In this document: positions 1 through 12,187 of the stretch, piece by piece
Layout of the letters: each line of letters begins with the position of its first letter
Numbering within the stretch: position 1 is the stretch's first letter
DNA from: Bispira polyomma
Taxonomy: Eukaryota
DNA: 64,000 nt
Assembly (NCBI GenBank): GCA_965649765.1
Contig: OZ287752.1
Coordinates: 3,596,001-3,660,000, forward strand
Reading direction: 5' to 3'
Program-made: the position numbers and the translations under genes
Notes under the pieces: generated by a model
The model's input: only the letters and a program-made list of their open reading frames with translations
Databases searched by the model: none
Told to the model about the DNA's origin: nothing

Positions 1-124
1 CCTTCCTAATCTGTCAATACATGTATGTTATGATATAGGTGTATTAAAGTGACTTGAGGCCTTAGTGACCTGGGGTGTTATTCACAAAAGGTCTTATTCT
101 TAACTTAGTCTTAGCGTATTTTAC

Positions 125-617
125 CATGGTTTTCTGTAGTTGTTGACTGGTGGAGGCAATCAGGGGAGGATAGTTTGTCATGGTTTTCTGTAGTTGTTCA
201 CTGGTGGATGCAATCAGAGGAGGGTAGTTTGTCATGGTTTTCAGTAGTTGTTCACTGGCGGAGGCAATCAGAGGAGGGTAGTTTGTCATGGTTTTCAGTA
301 GTTGTTCACCAGTGGATGCAATCATAGGAGGGTAGTTTGTCATGGTTTTCTGATGGTTGTTCACCGGTGGAGGCAATCAGAGGAGGGTAGTTTGTCATGG
401 TTTTCTGATGGTTGTTGGCTGGTGGAGGCAATCAGAGGAGGGTATTTTATCATGGTTTTCTGTAGTTGTTGACTGGTGGAGGCAATCAGAGTAGGGTAGT
501 TTGTCATGGTTTTCTGTAGTTGTTGACTGGTGGAGGCAATCAGAGGAGGGTATTTTGTCATGGTTTTCTGTAGCTGTTCACTGTTGAAGGCAATCAGAGG
601 AGGATAGTTTGTCATGG
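125..617. repeat. Minisatellite, 54-bp unit, ~9 copies, ~290 bp downstream of the GPCR stop codon
   Basis: Unit catggttttctgtagttgttgactggtggaggcaatcagaggagggtagtttgt recurs every ~54 bp; this explains the repetitive ORFs 62..376 and 361..636. Confidence 0.95.
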
Positions 618-904
618 TGTTCTGCTTACAAATCACTGTACTTCAACAAGTCTATGGCCAACTTTCCCACATACCAGCCATGGTCTAGATTCAAACCCAT
701 TACTGCAGGCTCTACCCATTTGTGTTTTTTAACAGTCCCACTTTGTCAGACGCTTAAATGTCCACACTATCAGTTTTATTTTATAATACAGCCAATAGAC
801 ATCAAAAAGTCACAAAAATGCCAGGATTATGACTTGACTTGCGGCATTAGAATAGATTAGAAGTACAGTTCAATATTACAGGGAGAAAAACAATGCCCTT
901 GTCC

Positions 905-1566
905 TCAATTGGTAAACAGTTTTAGAACTTTAGCTCTCATCCGATTATGCATCATTACATAGATAATTGGATTGACAGCACAGTTGGCAAGTTTTGATAT
1001 ATGCCAGAGGATGGCGTTTTCCTGATCAGTTCCAACATTCACACCCATAGCAGTTAGTGTAAACATCACCTGACTTGGCACATGACAGAGAATCAGAGTG
1101 AGAACCACAATCATAAATACCTTGATGACTTTCTTCTCCCCTTTGTTCAGTGCACTGTTTGGAGTCACCTTATTGTAGCCTTTGATTTGGTCATCATGTG
1201 GGTCCTGCTTGGCTTGATGTTTTAACTGAGAAACACCTCCAATTCTGGATATCTCACCACTGGAATCAGGTTTTACACAACCAGGTGGGCTTGGTGAAGA
1301 ATCAGTACTCTCAATATTTGAAGGATCATCCACTAGGTCACATGATATATCTACACAGTCTGATTGGCTGGGTGAAGTACTAGTACCCTCCATGTTTGTA
1401 GGACCATCCATTGGGTCACATGATATGTCTACACAATTGGATTGGCTGGGTGAAGTGTTGGTATAGTCCATATTTGTAGGATCATCTACTGGGTCACATG
1501 ATACATAAGAAGTGTTAGACTCTTTCAGATCAGTGTTTGCCGTGCTGCTCCTGTATTCAGCATTAT
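905..1566 (-). CDS. Rhodopsin-class GPCR, last coding exon (long ICL3, TM6, TM7, helix 8, stop)
   Basis: Acceptor tttctattcAG|AT at 1568-1567; phase-1 join G+AT=Asp with previous exon; TM6 LILCHVP, TM7 NCAVNPIIY (NPxxY), short tail RMRAKVLKLFTN*. Confidence 0.9.
1274..1507 (-). repeat. Three in-frame 78-bp (26-aa) repeats within GPCR ICL3
   Basis: YVSCDPVDDPTNMDYTNTSPSQSNCV / DISCDPMDGPTNMEGTSTSPSQSDCV / DISCDLVDDPSNIESTDSSPSPPGCV; gtcacatgat recurs at 78-bp spacing. Confidence 0.9.
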
Positions 1567-2516
1567 CTGAATAGAAATATATGTACACTTATCAGAATAT
1601 TTAATCTACTGCATTTTGCTTCTATGATTTTGGTTTTTTGCAAGTGGACCCTTTCAAAGTGGTTTTGGTTTTACATGTCAATTTTTAATGTCTTGTGGTA
1701 TTGCTACTTGGCCAGTTCTTGGTACCCAGATACCTAGTTGTTTTGGTGTTACTGCACAGCATACGCTATTACATGTAAGTAAATATGGGGGTTACACTTT
1801 GTTAACTTTGTGAAGAAAATATAACCGATTTAGATATTTGTAAATATAATCATAAACTAAACTATATTTTTTGACTGAAATTGACTAAAATCCAAAGATA
1901 TTCTGTCAAATTTTTGTTATTATAGTTGGTAAAAATATTTAGGTTTTAGGGCTATAAATAGGATTCGAGTAGCAGAGTCACAGAGGGTCACCTGGACTCT
2001 GATAGCTTTTCAGATTACTAGTTTTAGCTGTTAAACTGTAAACATTTGGGAATCAGATTATGCATGATCTATTAAGGATTACAGTATATAACAATTAATT
2101 GCTGAGGACTGATGCTGTGGTCTCCAGTGGCCTAGTGCTTAGGCCATTGGTCTGGTGAGGTCTCTAGTTGCTAAAGCTGCTAGTTTCACTGGTGTGACAA
2201 CATCCTTGCGGTAAGATGTAGGCCTACCATTTTGAGAGAATGTGTTCCTTAGAGGATGATAATTCAATAGAGCACTATATAAATGCTTCAATACTTTTGT
2301 ATTTATCTTACATTTTCAACGATATATTTTTCTTTAACCCTTGCTACCCCAAGGGAAAACTGTGGATGTGAACTGAAGAACAGGTTTCTGAAACATGCAC
2401 CACAGACAACCGGCATTTAATAACAGCCTTGCATATAGTTTTTGTAATGGGGGATTCTGCCTTACTGACAAATTGCTATTGCAAAGACAGGGTTAACACT
2501 ACATATACTGACTTAC

Positions 2517-2923
2517 CTTTTTGTGCATATTTGGCCAGATCTTGTTCTCTTTTTCTAAGTCGTAGAATTATTCTGACATAGCAGAAGCACAGAACCACCA
2601 TTGGGATGTAGAATTCAATCAGGAAAACCGCAGGCACTTTTGTCTTTACATAGCTGTTCATTACTATGCGAGACAGACATTGGCCACCAACTAAATCATA
2701 TGCAGTATATAAGAACCCTATGTGGAAGAGAGGCTCGAAGATCCAGGGTATGACCAGCATGGTCTTCATTGCCCTGGAGGTCAAATGCTGCCTGCTCCAG
2801 AATGGGTACAGGATCTTTAGATATCTGTCGATGGTGAGACAGAGCAAGCTGTATGTTGATGCAGTCACCAGGCCCCATATATGACTTTCTGTTGACCAGG
2901 TCTTACAAAGAAGATTGTAGAAC
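2517..2923 (-). CDS. Rhodopsin-class GPCR, middle coding exon (ECL1-TM3-TM4-ECL2-TM5)
   Basis: Acceptor tttttttctcacAG|G at 2925-2924, donor AAAG|GTAAGT at 2516; reads (W)FYNLLCKTWSTESHIWGLVTASTYSLLCLTIDRY...GQC...FYIPMVVLCFCY with DRY motif and conserved TM3/ECL2 cysteines. Confidence 0.92.
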
Positions 2924-3139
2924 CTGTGAGAAAAAAATGAATACTATGCATTTTTACACAATTATATTTATATGATGATATGATAAATTTTTAACGTGCC
3001 TAATTGATCTTCTAAAGTGCAACATCATTGAAAGATCATAGTCGGTTTGCAAAGAAAATTCGTGATCGGGAGGTGGCGTTGAGGAGAAAGATGTCTATGG
3101 AGGGTAAGCTAGGGTGAAGAGATGGGTCTTAAAGTTGTT

Positions 3140-4728
3140 TTTTTGTGGTTTTTTTATTCTTTTTTTTTTTGTTCATACATCATTCACACAGACAATGAGT
3201 TAATGTGTATATACTTTATGATAAGGCGTTTACTAATGTTTACATCTTAACATACTTTACATTTTTCAACAACACTGATTACAAATCTTGCATATACAAT
3301 TCTTTTGTTTTTAAATTAGGATATAAAAAACACGATAAGTTAAAAATTCTAGATGGGTTCTGAGGTTATATTTATCAAATTTAAATAGTTACAATTTGAG
3401 GCACAAGGGAAAAAGTATCTCTTAGTTTTTTATACAAACGGCAAATACTGATCATATGAAATTCATTCTCTACATACTTCAAATTTTGTTGTTCACTAAA
3501 TAAACATAATCTCAGACTCTGAGGAACATTTTTCTGTCTTCCTATTTCAATATTTAGCCTATGATTAGAAGAACAGAATTTTGTTAGGGCAACTCTATAC
3601 TTTCTTATATTAACAAGAGATAGATATTTTTCAATTTGAAACAGACTTTTAAATTTACAATAATGATATAGTTTGTTAAAATTTCTCATACTGCCATGCC
3701 ATTCTTGAATGTAATTATCTTTAAGCCTTTGCTTTAAAACAGATATAAATTGTTTGGTATCACCAACACCTTGGTTTATAAATAAAATACCAAAGTCATA
3801 TCGAAATAATAAATTTTTTAACATGAAAACCCAATTTTTTCTACCTACTTCACACAGATTATAACTCATATTATAAGCACTTTTTGGTAAAGAATTGTCA
3901 TCTATTGTAAGTAACTTTAACCAATGTTTTACACATTTTACATAATATGTTATGAAGAGTGGGAATCGTCCACATTCTCCCAACACCGCAACACTGGGTG
4001 TGTGAGAACCAAGTAAGTAATGACACAATGTCACTTGAACATTTTCAATTTCTTTGTACATCTAATATTCCCACCCCTCTGATGCATGGGTTAAAATTGG
4101 AACAACAGTAGTGTCAAATATGTTAAATATAACAGACAGAGGAACATCGTGACATTTACTGATCTGTTTATGTATCAGTATTAGAGCTCTTTGAGATTGG
4201 TTACTAAGACATTTTGCTCCATATGACAAGTTTAACCTGGATGAGAAAATGAGGCCCAGTTATTTATAGTATGGAACAACTTCTATATGTTTCAAATGGA
4301 AATACCACTTTTCATTATTTCTTTTCATTAATTTTTAAAGTATACCACCATTTCTGAATACCACAATTTGTGTTTTATCCACAATAATTAAATACCCGGT
4401 ATAGAACAAAACCTATTTAAAATGTTTATCAGAAGTCTGAAAACTGAGCTATATCACCAGCATACAACAACATAGATAAATTTGAAAAAAAAATCATCAA
4501 TAAATATGCTTTTACTGTCCTGTTGATAATTCATTTCAATATACATAATTAAGATAAATAAAAAACAACAAGGGGCTTAACATACATCCCTGACGTGTTC
4601 CTGTGAAACAGTTACAAAATTTAGTTAATCCTTCGGGGGTATTAGTTTGCAAATAGTTTGTTATACATTGATTTTACAACTGACAAAAATTAACCATCAA
4701 TACCTGTTTTTATTAGCTTATGAAATGA
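3140..4728 (-). mobile_element. RTE-X-like LINE, 3' part (RT C-half, C-terminal Cys/His domain, 3'UTR, A-rich tail), degenerate
   Basis: Minus strand reads FHKLIKTGIDG..., TGTRQGCMLSPLLF, degenerate LYAGD, then ORF 3381..4061 with NHRLNIEIGR...RLC...ENEFH..IC; AATAAA/A-run at ~3140-3170. Confidence 0.8.
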
Positions 4729-7700
4729 TTTTTTTTTTTTTTTTTTAACATTTTATTGTTTTCGTAGGATTTCAATGACAGTACAACAATGATTATAGTG
4801 ACAAAAATTACTGATCAAAAACATACTTACATAAGTAATTGCATACACAAACATATTTCATAAAGTTCTGTCTAACAAACAAAATATACCCTGTTCCAAG
4901 CTTCAATAATGGCTGTTTTATTATGTTCGGTGTCAGTGAGTTTTATTCTTAAAATTTCGTCATTGATTCTTTTTTTCAAAAGATTACCGAAATGGGAGAG
5001 AGAGACTTTTGTATTCTGTGTTTTTTTAATGTATATGTACCATTTGGCATATAGGATGACAAAAGTTGATGGCACTCATTACTGTTTCTTTGGAACAAGG
5101 GATACCTAATAGAACTTCTAATACAGTTAAGTTTAGCTTTATTTAAAATGGTTTGAATATCAATTCCTTCACCATCAACCAAAGAGGAGTTACCAAATTA
5201 CAGTAATAAAGAAAGTGCTCAATTGTGTCAATAGCTAGGCACTCTTCACAATACTGAGATCCAGTTATATTCCACAGGTAAAGATTATAATTGCAGGATA
5301 CAAATCTGTTCAAAATTTTATATTGAAAGCTTTGGAGTCTAGGTTCCTGACAAATAATTTTAGGTAAATTAAATATACTTGACCAATCTAAAGAATCTAG
5401 GAAAGGATAGTATCCAACCCATTTGTTAACTGCAGGTGGATAACTATCGGAATAAGTTAAATGTTCATATATGTCTTTATTTGTTAAGTTCGTTATGTTC
5501 TTGTGTATGTGTGGGACATCATGGAAGGTAAGTTTTTGCGGTTTGATATTTCTCTTTATGATGTTCTTCTATTCTTTTAGAATTGCACTTATTAAGGAGT
5601 TGTAAAGTAAAGTGGGGACCTGGCAACTGAATTTTTGAACTACTTCTTCTCTTGGAATAATGTCACTATTTTCCACCAAGTGACTGATATTCGTAATTCT
5701 ATGGCGTTGCAACATATTGCATTCTATGGCCAATGGTTTTTTACCAACCAATATAAACTGATTGTATTGTAGCTTTTCTTGTAATATTTCTGAATAGGTT
5801 TGGGGTTTTACAGAATAAAACTGGTACCAGCAAAGGGCAACCTGTTTATAGAAATCATTTAAGGGCAAAAACTGTAAGGAATTTTGAAAATCTACTTGAT
5901 GGAGGAATATATCAGGACTTTTTACACCAAACATCTTCAAAGCAAGATATCGCCATTTATTTAAACCATTTCTATTTGTAGTATCAAGGAGACGTTTGAT
6001 CCAAACAGCCTTTATTGCAGTTATTGTGTTGTTAAAATCGGTCATTTTTAGACCTCCAGACTGTGTATCATTTACAACTCTTTTAATTTTTACCTTTGGT
6101 CTACTATCTTTCCACCAGAGAAAACTGAAAAGCAATTTGTTGATTTCTTCAATAAACGATTCTGGCACATATACCATACTACAGATATTAATAATCTGAC
6201 TCAAAATTAGACTTTTAATTTTTAAAACTTTACCTTTTAAACTTAGAGACTGGGCTGACCAGATATAATGTTCTGGAGACTTCTAAGTTTAGGTTTTAAG
6301 TTTAGTTCATACATCTCAGTCTTACAGGAAGAAATCCAAACTCCTGAGGTTTTGAAAGGACCGGTCCTTAGTTGTTTTCTCAAAGTCTTGTCATCTACTC
6401 TTTTTCCACCAATAGAGATTTATTTCAGTTTTGGTTTTATTGAGTTTTAGGCCTGAACAGTAACCAAATAATTCTAATTTGTGAAATACAAGGTGTAGGG
6501 ATTCTTGGTCTTGAAGAAAGAGAGTCGTATCGTCGGCTAGTTGGTTGATTTTATATTCTATTTTGTCAACTCTTATACCATGTATATCATTATCGGTTCT
6601 CAAATTGATTGCAAATATTTCAACAACAATAAGAAATAGTAATGCACTTAGGCAACAACTTTGCCTTATGCGACGATAAATTTTAAAAATGATGAGGCTT
6701 TACCATTGTTTGTTACGCAACTTTCTATATCTGTATATATGGTTTTCACATGAGACATGAATTTTTTGCCGAAATTGAAGCTCTTAAGGCAGTGTAAAAG
6801 AAAAGACCAACTAATGGAGTCAAATGCAAATGCTTTTTCGAAGTCTACCAGGACTAGCAGCCCAGAGAGATCAAAAGTATTACAGTAATCAATTAAGTCG
6901 CTTATAGTACGCATGTTCTCACCAATGAATCTCCCCTTTATGTAACCGACCTGGTCAAAACTAATAAGTTTGGGCAAGATCTTTTGTAAACGTGAAGCAT
7001 AAATTTTGGTCAAGATCTTATAATCTGTGTTTAATACACTAATAAGTCTCCAGTTTTTCAGATAACATTGATCTTTATCTTTCTTTGGTACAAAGGTAAT
7101 GACACCTCTTTTTGGATCAATCGATAACTGATTTTTTTCCAATGACCATTTAAAGCTGTTAAAGACAAAATTTTTAATTTTAATTTTATGGGAAGACCAT
7201 CACAGCCATGGGATGTATTGTTAAACAAATTTTGCAGGGCTTCCCCACACTCTTCTATTGTTCTATCTTTATCGCAGAATATCTGATCCTCTGCTGAGAG
7301 TTGTGGAATCTTTGAATTAGAGAGGAGTATGTTTTCAATTCTATCTAACTATTCTTTTGGTACTGATGATTGATTTGTATTATAAAGGTTTTGATAGAAA
7401 AGTTAGAGTTATAGTTTTGTTTTTCACGGTTTAAGAAATATTTGGAATTTTTCTCGTTTGCTTCTAGGAATTGAACTCTGGACCTTGCAATGAGACCTTT
7501 AGCTTGTACCTCATAGATATCATTTAAGGATGATTTTATTTCAGAGTGAAGATCTAGTAACTCAGGTGATGGGCTCGCACATAATTTAGTTTCTATATCA
7601 TGTAGTTTAGCCAATAAAATATTTTCAGTTTTTCTTTCCTCTTTTGCCTTAAAAGAAGAATAAGATTTTGTGACACCGCGTATTCTACATTTAACATAAT

Positions 7701-8809
7701 CCCAGAATAACGCTTTATCAGTAAATGTAACACCTTCGTTAGCAAGCTCTTTCAGTTCAGCATTAATTTTCTCAATGTACATTCTGTCTAGTAATAAACT
7801 GACATTAAATTTATAAAAACCTCTACCTCTGACCCAATCTGAGGATTCATTAAAATTTACGTGTATCAGACTGTGATTGGATTTTATGCTCGGATATTTA
7901 AAAGTTTTCATGTTTTGAAATTGTAATTCCTGTGATATGAAAAACATGTCCAAACGTGAATGAACCCAACCACCTTTGCCTTTATTTTGCCAAGCATATC
8001 TGTAAGTATCAGGATGCTGTACACGGTATATGTCGCATAGGTTAAACTCATTCAAGATATTGTTTAATAGATCAAAATATTCTGAGGTTGTTATGAAAGC
8101 ACCACCCTTTTTATCTATCTTTAGATCCATGTAGGTATTAAAGTCTCCTCCTAGAATTATCTTTTTACCCATATACTGCAGTAAGTTATTTCTTATAAAG
8201 GTTAAGAATTGTTTCTGTTCTTGTAAATTGTTCTTCGTTGGGGCATATATATTCACAAGTACTATCTCGGTGTTATTAATTGATATATATAGTAATAAAA
8301 ATCTGCCACTGTCATCAGTAATATGGTCAATAACTTTAGCATTGTAGTTGTTAGGGATTAGGATACATACACCTCTAGCATTACTGGTGCCATGGCTGAA
8401 CCATACATTATAATTTTTTTAAATCTTTTTTCCAGTTAACTTCTTTTCCATTACTGGAGTGGGTTTCTTGGAAAAAAGTTATACCTCTATAATTGTCTTC
8501 TAGCCATTGTATAACTGAGTGCCGTTTACGATAGTTATTCAATCCATTGGTGTTCCAGCTAAATACCTTTAGGTTATTTTTATTAGCCATATTCATTCAA
8601 GAGAGTTTTGAAAAATGAATGTTGGAGAAACATTTTCCTTGACACTGTTGTCAGGTTGCAATTAACAATAATTTCACCATTCGAATGTGTTAAGTGATAG
8701 ACTGGGACAATGTTGGAATGTTTGAGCAATACAAGTGCAGAATCACAATACAATTTTGTCAACAAAATAGTTTTTCGATAAGTTAAGGCATTTGCCATTA
8801 CTTGAAGCA
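4729..8809 (-). mobile_element. Tx1/L1-clade LINE (5'-truncated, ORF2 only, frameshifted) nested in the RTE-X RT
   Basis: APE endonuclease (SWNTNGL, NIYAP, GGDFN, SRLDMF), RT (NWRLISVLNTDYKI, DFEKAF, QLADD), poly(A) as T-run 4729-4746; flanked by ttatgaaat[g/c]at at 4718-4729 and 8810-8821. Confidence 0.92.
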
Positions 8810-11640
8810 TTATGAAATCATATTTGATGAGGTACTCTGTCAAACGCTTTGGAAAAATCTATGAAAATACAATAGAATCTATTCCCTGTTTTACATAAAT
8901 ATTTACTAATGACAGCCTGCAGAACAAATATATGGTCCACTATTCTTTTGTGTTGTCTAAACCCGATTTGTTCCTCGAACAATTCATCATTTTCTTCAAC
9001 CCAATGTTTTAATCTTTCATTTAAAAACCCAGTGAATATTTTACACGCAACTGAAATAAGAGATATACCTCTGTAGTTGTTAGGGTAATTGATATCACCA
9101 ATTTTTAACAATGGTACAATCATTGCTTGACACCATTTTTCAGGGAAATTACCCGAGTCAAGAATACAGTTGAATATATCAACTAACATTGGGACTAGAA
9201 ACGATCCACTAATTTTTATCATTTTATTACATATACCATCTACTTATGCAGCTTTACCATTTGGTAATTTACATATAAATGACTGTATTTCGCTAATTGT
9301 AAACTTTACATTTAAGTCAACAGTGTTATTTCTTTCACACTCATCACAGTTTGTATTGTGACTTGACAGATCGGACTGCCCCATATTTAGGAATTCATCA
9401 TCAATGTTACAATCTGAATTTAATAAACTTTCAAAATGTTCATACCATGTATTACCACCTATATTACTTTTATTGACATTAGCTTTATTGCTACAAACTG
9501 TTTTTATGAAACTCCAAAAAGCGTTTTTATCTTTTCTTACCGCTAACAAGTTATCACATATTGCCTTTGATACAGATTTTCTTTACTACTAAACAAACAT
9601 TTAAACAGGTGTTTGCCTGTAGGTACTATTGCAAGGTATTCAAATCTCTTGTATTTCTAAATGATCTCAGCAGATACACTTTATTGTCTTTTAAAATTTT
9701 TAGTTCCGTATCCCACCAATCTGGTTGACTCTGTGGTTTCCTGTGATGTTTCTTCTGGTGCATATGGCTTGCAGCAGACTGAAGCACTGTAGTGAGCACA
9801 TTGACTGCATTATTCATGTTCTTATTTGCAAGATGGCTGACAATCACCGTGAGTGTAGTAGCAGACTCCTCGCACTGTAGTTTTTCAAGAAATAGTGGAA
9901 CATCTGAGTTTTTCCAGTTGAATTTGATCCTGTCATTGTAGCTTCTTGTATCCACATCAGATTCGACAGCTGCTAACCCACTACCATTGAAAGCTAGTGC
10001 TATAGGCTGGTGCACACTATCAGTAAACTGATCTTGAAGCACTTTAAAGGAGTGTATAAACTGAAATATCTCAGTAGATATAATTCCATGGTCCACAACA
10101 CTCGCTCCTCTCTGGGTTAGGCAAGTGAAATGTCCTTCTTCATCACCACAAGTACGACCATTAGCAACATGTACTCTAAATAACTGACACAATTTTAACA
10201 ACTGACAACCAAAATTGTTCTCTTTTTCAATTGGATCGTAGGATAACCGAGGCTTGTTAAAGGGGTCTTCTTCATACCAATCACCGATGGGCAAATGTTG
10301 AATCATTCATATTGTGATCTAATAAGGATCCTGTCCGAGCATTAAAATCACCAAGTAATATTAGTGATGGGGTTACTTCAATGTCTATTCGAATGTCAGT
10401 CAATTCATTTTCTAGCATAGCAACCTCACTAGCTTCCTCATTGTAGAAGGGTGATCCTTCAGGTGGTAGGTATACGGATACCAGTAAAATTTCTTTATTT
10501 AATCCCATTATGGAGCTTGGTAACAGTATGTAAACATCAATGGCACTATCACTTCTTAGTCTTTTGCATCTGGATGAAATGTTAGTTTTTAGATAAACAT
10601 TAATACCACCATTAAAGTGACCTCTTATTCCATGTCGACGTCCTGAGAGTGCTAAGCATTCATATCCACACAACAACTTGCTGTAATTACATTCCGGGGT
10701 TGTCCAAGTTTCAATCAAAGAAACAATATCATACTTGTCCAATAATGATATAAACACACTGCTTGTGCTGACTGAATTTAAACCTTGTACATTTTAACAA
10801 AGTACTTGCAGTTTTCCGATATTTTGAGTGTGCATCCGGCCCTGGCCACATCACTATTCCCTGCGAACAAGTTCATCGGTCTCCTCATTAAGTTCATATG
10901 TAGATCCGTAGATCTTAATTTGACGGTCTGTAAGAAGCCCCTGAAATTTTCCTTGTACTCTTCTTTCATCTGGTTTAAATGTGGAATGACCTTCCTACGA
11001 GCTACACACACTTTTTCTGTGAAATCTACTGCAAACCTCAAATTGCCAAACTTTTGAGACTCGTCTAGCCATTACACTTCTTACCAGGATTTTATCTCTA
11101 ACGGCTTGGCTTTTAAATTTGCAGATAACAGGCCGACATGGAGAGTGCTTGTCATGTTCGGCAGGCCCTGCATCATTTCATGATGCTGACTGGGAATTAT
11201 TAATGGGATGTCTCCTCTTGTCTATTTGGTAGGCTGAATCTCATTTTTTCAATCGGGATCCGAACAGTTTCAGAAATTTTCTCGGTAATATCAGTTATGA
11301 TTGGCCTATCAGGGTTATCGACTTCATCCATGCCATAAATAATAATGTTATTTTTCTTAGCTTGACCCTCTAGGAAATCCCCTCCAGTTTGAAGAGATTT
11401 GAAATCCTCTTTAAGTTCTTCAGAGTTTTTTTCATCTCTAAGAACTTTTTTCTAAAGTCTGGGTCAACATTAGCAGCAGAAGCAACGGAATTGGATCTGG
11501 TGTTAGCTTTGGGTGGACCAGGATTTGATTCCACTCCCCCAATTATGAGTAACACTGATATAATCAAGAAACACACTTCCAGACTGGTAATGGAAGCTGT
11601 GGCATTGCTGTCTGAATTCGGAACTTCTGAGGGTACCTCC
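8810..11640 (-). mobile_element. RTE-X-like LINE, middle part (most of ORF1 with 2A-like motif, APE endonuclease, RT N-half)
   Basis: ORF1 LLIIGGVESNPGP, KNNIIIYG; EN LIETW, VYLPP, LGDFNARTG, SVVDH, SVHQP; RT PNNYRGISL, DFSKAFDRV. Confidence 0.85.
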
Positions 11641-12187
11641 TGTAAACGGCAGAGAATATCTTGCCTCTGCTGGGATTAGAACCTGTGTCTCTTTAGATGT
11701 TCATGGTTAATAGTCCAGTACACTAACAGTTGAGCTAAAGGGGAAACCCCGGAAGACCGAGTGTTTAATAGGTTAGTGTAGCCTCAAATGAGAGACCACT
11801 CGCCCAGCAACTCAATGAGAGGCGTCCCAGCCATGATTTGTTATTATTATTATAAAACCATTAAAACACATATGATATCATGGCTTCAGTTTTTATTTGT
11901 TCCTTTTTTAAACTTTAATTTTAGTTTCTTTAATCACATCTTTATTATCAGTACATGTACTTTAGTAGTCCATTTTCACTTTTCCGTTTCTTTAATCACA
12001 TCATTATTATTAGTAATTTAGTATTCTATTTTCACTTTTCATTATATAATTGAACACATTTCACCTCCAGGTTTTTTCCCTTCTTCTCTCTCCTTCCACC
12101 TGGAGAGAGCAGCCTAGATTCACGTGCTTCCCCTGCTTTTATAGTTGTTGTTGGTTAGCCTTTCTTTGGCTCCCTTTACCCATGACA
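11641..12187 (-). repeat. Gypsy 3' LTR
   Basis: tgtaaacg...catgaca, direct repeat of 22275-22823 (19 mismatches counted in the first 220 bp, next ~130 bp identical); short purine tract AAGGGGCA adjacent on minus strand. Confidence 0.93.

Noticed and set aside
62-636. Repeat protein genes (ORFs 62..376, 361..636)
   Set aside because: Translation of a 54-bp minisatellite with a frame break; no splice or domain support
905-1588. Stand-alone 227-aa gene starting MYIYF
   Set aside because: The first 7 codons are intron polypyrimidine tract; the ORF is the last exon of the spliced GPCR
8583-8843. Separate ORF1 for the Tx1 element
   Set aside because: Chimeric frame crossing the RTE-X/Tx1 junction with no ORF1 motifs
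11662-11744. Functional tRNA gene
   Set aside because: Acceptor and T stems are imperfect, the anticodon differs between the two LTR copies, and it is part of an LTR; kept only as tRNA-like
11788-12021. Duplicated small gene (also 22422..22655)
   Set aside because: Antisense ORF inside the two LTR copies; duplication is explained by LTR structure
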